NCBI GenBank assembly: GCA_964441285.1
Contig: CAYTUK010000002.1
Span: 25,551 to 89,550 of the forward strand
DNA: 64,000 bases
Reading direction: 5' to 3'
Source: an uncultured Thiotrichaceae bacterium
Lineage (GTDB): Bacteria; Pseudomonadota; Gammaproteobacteria; SZUA-229
The position numbers were made by a program, and so were the translations under genes. Numbering within the stretch: position 1 is the stretch's first letter; each line of letters begins with the position of its first letter. The notes below the pieces were generated by a model. That model was not told the origin of the DNA. It saw nothing but the letters and a program-made list of their open reading frames with translations, and searched no databases. Positions 61,147 to 64,000 of the stretch are shown in pieces.

Positions 61147-61422
61147 ATGGATACAATTACCGTCGAACGCAATGTAACACCAGCAAAACTTGACGTTTTA
61201 TATGTTGATGACTGGCCCGTCTGGTCAAAAGGCATTGCTGAATTTGAGTGGCATTATGAACAAAAAGAAACCAGCTACATTATTGAAGGCAAGGCAATCA
61301 TCACGCCTGATAACGGCGAACCTGTCACCATTGAAGCCGGCGACATGATTTTTTTTCCTAAAGGTTTAAAATGTGTCTGGAAAATAATCGAACCCATTGA
61401 AAAAAATTATCTAGTTGAATGA
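61147..61422 (+). CDS. small cupin-domain protein
   Basis: 91 aa, beta-rich, with a GDMIFFPKG cupin-type motif. Confidence 0.5.
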   Translation: MDTITVERNVTPAKLDVLYVDDWPVWSKGIAEFEWHYEQKETSYIIEGKAIITPDNGEPVTIEAGDMIFFPKGLKCVWKIIEPIEKNYLVE

Positions 61423-61435
61423 GGTTTAACGAATC

Positions 61436-61630
61436 ATGCACGGAATGGCTTTATGGGAACAAATTGCAATAACGGCTGTAGGTCTGCTGGTTATTTTTAT
61501 GTTTTTCCCCGGCATTAAAGCAACCCTGACGCGCAGTAAAAACGCCACAGAGAAACACTGGGGGACGCTGGCATTACTTACCATCGTATTAATTGCATTT
61601 GTGTTATTGCTCATTAGTAGTGTGCAATAG
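61436..61630 (+). CDS. possible small two-TM membrane protein
   Basis: 64-aa ORF, 13 nt after the cupin gene, with a GAGG RBS and two hydrophobic helices. Coding status is uncertain. Confidence 0.3.
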   Translation: MHGMALWEQIAITAVGLLVIFMFFPGIKATLTRSKNATEKHWGTLALLTIVLIAFVLLLISSVQ

Positions 61631-61685
61631 CCGTGCATAGCAGGCGGCCATAAGTCCAACATCTCGTGATGACATTGCCCCACTG

Positions 61686-63740
61686 TCAATCAGCTGCGTG
61701 CTGGTTAACCGCCTGCCAGTGATGCCAGTCTGCACGATTTTCTGCCACAAATAATAAAGCGGCAATGACCCGTCGATCATAGTGTTTGTCCGCTTGCTCA
61801 AATAACATCTCCAACACATCCGTTAATGGTTTCCCGCTACGGTAAGCACGCGAACTGGAGATTGCAACAAACGCATTGGCAACTGCAAGAATTCGTGATT
61901 CCAGACATATTGCATCACCCGTCGCACCTTCGGGATATCCACTGCCATCAATATATTCATTTTTTTGCTTAACAATATCAATGACCGGACCTTCGAACTC
62001 AAGACCTTCAAGTATTTCCACACTGTACTGATTGTGCTTACGCAGGAGCAATGTTTCCGCCTCCGTTAATGGCTCAGCCGAAGTCAGTATTTCTGTTGAA
62101 ACATATAACTTACCCACATTGGCCAATAGCGCCGCCATCGCCAGTGATTGTGTTCGATCAGCCGGTAAATCCATTGCCTGGGCAATAGCCATAGCTACTT
62201 CCTGGGTACGTTCAGAGTGCCGCGCACAATGCGGATCATGGATATCAGTAAGGCGTACCAACGTCTGCAATATGGCTTCCATCATCCGATGATGTCTGCC
62301 CTGTGCATTTTTTAGTTCAGTGATGTCGTGCAGCACATACAAATGTGACTGCTTATATGTTTCATGTTTTAGTGCTACAACCGTTACATGAAAGTCATAA
62401 CGCCGAGCATTTATTTCCAGTCGCATTTCCCGATTACGAACTTCATCCTGCTTTATATCAAGCAATTGCCGCGTTGTGTCAACATCATAAAGATAATTTA
62501 AAGCTTTACCTTTAACGTCTTCAAAATTAAGCTTTAGAAAGGTCGCCAGTGAATGATTAACCATCACCAGTTTTTGTCTGTTATCAAGCAGAAAAATATA
62601 GTCTTTACTGCTTTCACTTACCGCGTTTAACAAAGCAGTTTTTGTGGTCAACTGATCGGTTGTTTTTTGCAACCTCACGCTGGTAGCATGTCGCCAGATA
62701 GCAATAAAACTGACGGCAACAACAAACACGGCCAGCAACAGAATAGTTAATATAAACCGCTGATGTGACATGGCTTCCCGCAATGCCTCGTCTGCATTAA
62801 TTTTCTGTATCAGTACCCAGTCGGTATTATTTATTTTCCTTGAGGTAACCAGCACACGGTTATTTTTATAATCTTTCTCAACTGCAAAACCGCCAATATT
62901 TGCCGCGCCAAATGCGGCAGCAACATTCAACTCACCAACGGGACACTGATGAAAAATTTTGTAACGCCCGGATAGCGGACTGACATAAAGAATATTTGTC
63001 CGATTTTTTACCACAAGGATTGACTCATCACTGTTTGTCGTTAACCAGTGCCGAGTGAGAATTTTATACAATGACATCGACGGATTGATTACCGCAACGA
63101 CAACACCCCGATAATCACCCGCTTTTATTGACTGCACTGAACGAACCGGAACAGCAATAATAAACCGTGGCTGGTTTGTTTGATCACTATAAATGGCAGA
63201 AATCAGTGTTTTTTTATCTTTTACCGCCCTTTTCGCAAGGGCATTTACTTCACGACTGCTAACCGGGAAATAACGTGTTGATAACAAAAGACCGGCTTTA
63301 TTCATTATTGCCAGGCCATCATTGACCGTTTGGGCACGGTTATTTGAAATTGGCTTTACTGGGGTAAAAACACCTGCCATACGCGCTACTGCATTCAATA
63401 GATTACGCAGATGGTGCAACTGTCCAAGGCGTGACTCGCTGACATTTGATGACTGAAACTGATCTATTTCTGTCACATATATCTGTACCAGCGGATTAGC
63501 CGCCAAAGACTGCATTTGCGCTGTTTGTTTTTGCAACCAACTTTCAACACTGTGCTTTTGTGATTCTGCAATCACACCTAGCCGTGGCTCCCAATTTTGT
63601 AAATCCCGCTGTTTCTCGGCTGACACGTACTGAAAAACCAGCCAGACACCTATGCCGACAAAGAGAAATAAAAAGATACTGGCAATAATAGTTGTACGAT
63701 TAGTTTTCAATACAATCTCCACCCTGATTTCTGCTGACAA
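61686..63740 (-). CDS. HD-GYP c-di-GMP phosphodiesterase with periplasmic Cache-like sensor and PAS domain
   Basis: TTG start. TM, large periplasmic region, TM, then PAS. C-terminal HD-GYP motifs (H..HD...HHE-like region and DGSGYPEG). Confidence 0.85.
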   Translation of the reverse strand: MSAEIRVEIVLKTNRTTIIASIFLFLFVGIGVWLVFQYVSAEKQRDLQNWEPRLGVIAESQKHSVESWLQKQTAQMQSLAANPLVQIYVTEIDQFQSSNVSESRLGQLHHLRNLLNAVARMAGVFTPVKPISNNRAQTVNDGLAIMNKAGLLLSTRYFPVSSREVNALAKRAVKDKKTLISAIYSDQTNQPRFIIAVPVRSVQSIKAGDYRGVVVAVINPSMSLYKILTRHWLTTNSDESILVVKNRTNILYVSPLSGRYKIFHQCPVGELNVAAAFGAANIGGFAVEKDYKNNRVLVTSRKINNTDWVLIQKINADEALREAMSHQRFILTILLLAVFVVAVSFIAIWRHATSVRLQKTTDQLTTKTALLNAVSESSKDYIFLLDNRQKLVMVNHSLATFLKLNFEDVKGKALNYLYDVDTTRQLLDIKQDEVRNREMRLEINARRYDFHVTVVALKHETYKQSHLYVLHDITELKNAQGRHHRMMEAILQTLVRLTDIHDPHCARHSERTQEVAMAIAQAMDLPADRTQSLAMAALLANVGKLYVSTEILTSAEPLTEAETLLLRKHNQYSVEILEGLEFEGPVIDIVKQKNEYIDGSGYPEGATGDAICLESRILAVANAFVAISSSRAYRSGKPLTDVLEMLFEQADKHYDRRVIAALLFVAENRADWHHWQAVNQHAAD

Positions 63741-63743
63741 AAA

Positions 63744-64000
63744 TTATTCTGGCACATGCATCCACCAGTGTTTTTCATTAAGTGAATAGACCGGTACATA
63801 ATGATAAATATCATGATGTGATAATATTTCAGGTATCTCATTATCAAGAATATAAATATCCCCCGCCCTTTGTATCGACATGACAGCATGTGGAGTGTGC
63901 AGATTAGTATCCTGCACAACAACAATCCGCATTTTGTTCACATCATAACCCAGCCATTTCATTGAGAGCATTTTTATAATGGCATAATCTTCACAGTCAC
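63744..64000 (-). CDS. transglutaminase-like cysteine proteinase (BTLCP family), C-terminal part; gene continues beyond window end
   Basis: RIVVVQDTNLHTPHAVMSIQRAGDIYILDN matches the His/Asp half of the BTLCP catalytic core. The frame is open to the window edge. Confidence 0.45.
   Translation of the reverse strand, partial: DCEDYAIIKMLSMKWLGYDVNKMRIVVVQDTNLHTPHAVMSIQRAGDIYILDNEIPEILSHHDIYHYVPVYSLNEKHWWMHVPE

Noticed and set aside
63890-63975. One-nucleotide inconsistency between the displayed sequence and the ORF-track coordinates near the window end
   Set aside because: The ORF-track proteins are reproduced only if a single c is dropped around 63900, and the last displayed sequence line has 41 characters. 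This is treated as a display or indexing artefact, not a frameshift. It affects only the final partial gene.
1-64000. Mobile elements, CRISPR arrays, restriction-modification, toxin-antitoxin or other defence islands
   Set aside because: No transposase, integrase or recombinase motifs were seen. No repeat-spacer arrays. tRNA-Gly has no attached island. All flanking genes are housekeeping.

Overview
This window is a gene-dense stretch of ordinary chromosomal backbone from a Gram-negative, probably gamma-proteobacterial, genome. I recognised no CRISPR array, transposase, integrase, phage gene or defence system, so I make no claim of a new system. Order of loci: (1) flagellar genes: flgD', flgC, flgB and cheV on the minus strand, divergent from flgA-flgM-flgN, with sigma-54 and sigma-28 promoter motifs readable in the sequence; (2) a DUF3135 gene, a REC-Hpt protein, a REC-PAS-HisKA-HATPase-REC hybrid kinase and a sigma-54 activator with no receiver domain; (3) tRNA-Gly(CCC) and argG; (4) pyruvate dehydrogenase genes aceE, aceF (one lipoyl domain) and an lpdA carrying an N-terminal lipoyl domain; (5) a complete clade-I nitrous-oxide reductase cluster nosR-Z-D-F-Y-L with an FNR/DNR-type box upstream of nosR; (6) a phnA-family gene, an ABC-F ATPase, and an outer-membrane beta-barrel plus LPP20 lipoprotein pair; (7) dsbA and the full cytochrome-c maturation cluster ccmI-H-G-F-E-D-C-B-A plus cytochrome c4; (8) a Sel1-repeat gene, then murJ-ribF-ileS-lspA-fkpB-ispH next to the minor-pilin operon fimU/T-pilV-pilW-pilX-pilY1-(pilY2)-pilE, which is the gene order of Pseudomonas; (9) a MoxR / DUF58 / transglutaminase triad; (10) thioredoxin, a cupin, an HD-GYP phosphodiesterase with Cache/PAS sensor domains, and a partial transglutaminase-like cysteine proteinase running off the window end. 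The least conventional parts are the flagellar-adjacent signalling trio (REC-Hpt, hybrid kinase, receiver-less sigma-54 activator), a structured 355-nt spacer after ispH, and a 276-nt insertion inside the ccm operon. All calls rest on reading the translated ORFs for family-specific motifs; no searches were run. The displayed sequence and the ORF track disagree by one nucleotide from about position 63900 onward; the final partial feature (63744..64000) follows the ORF track, other coordinates follow the sequence line labels.
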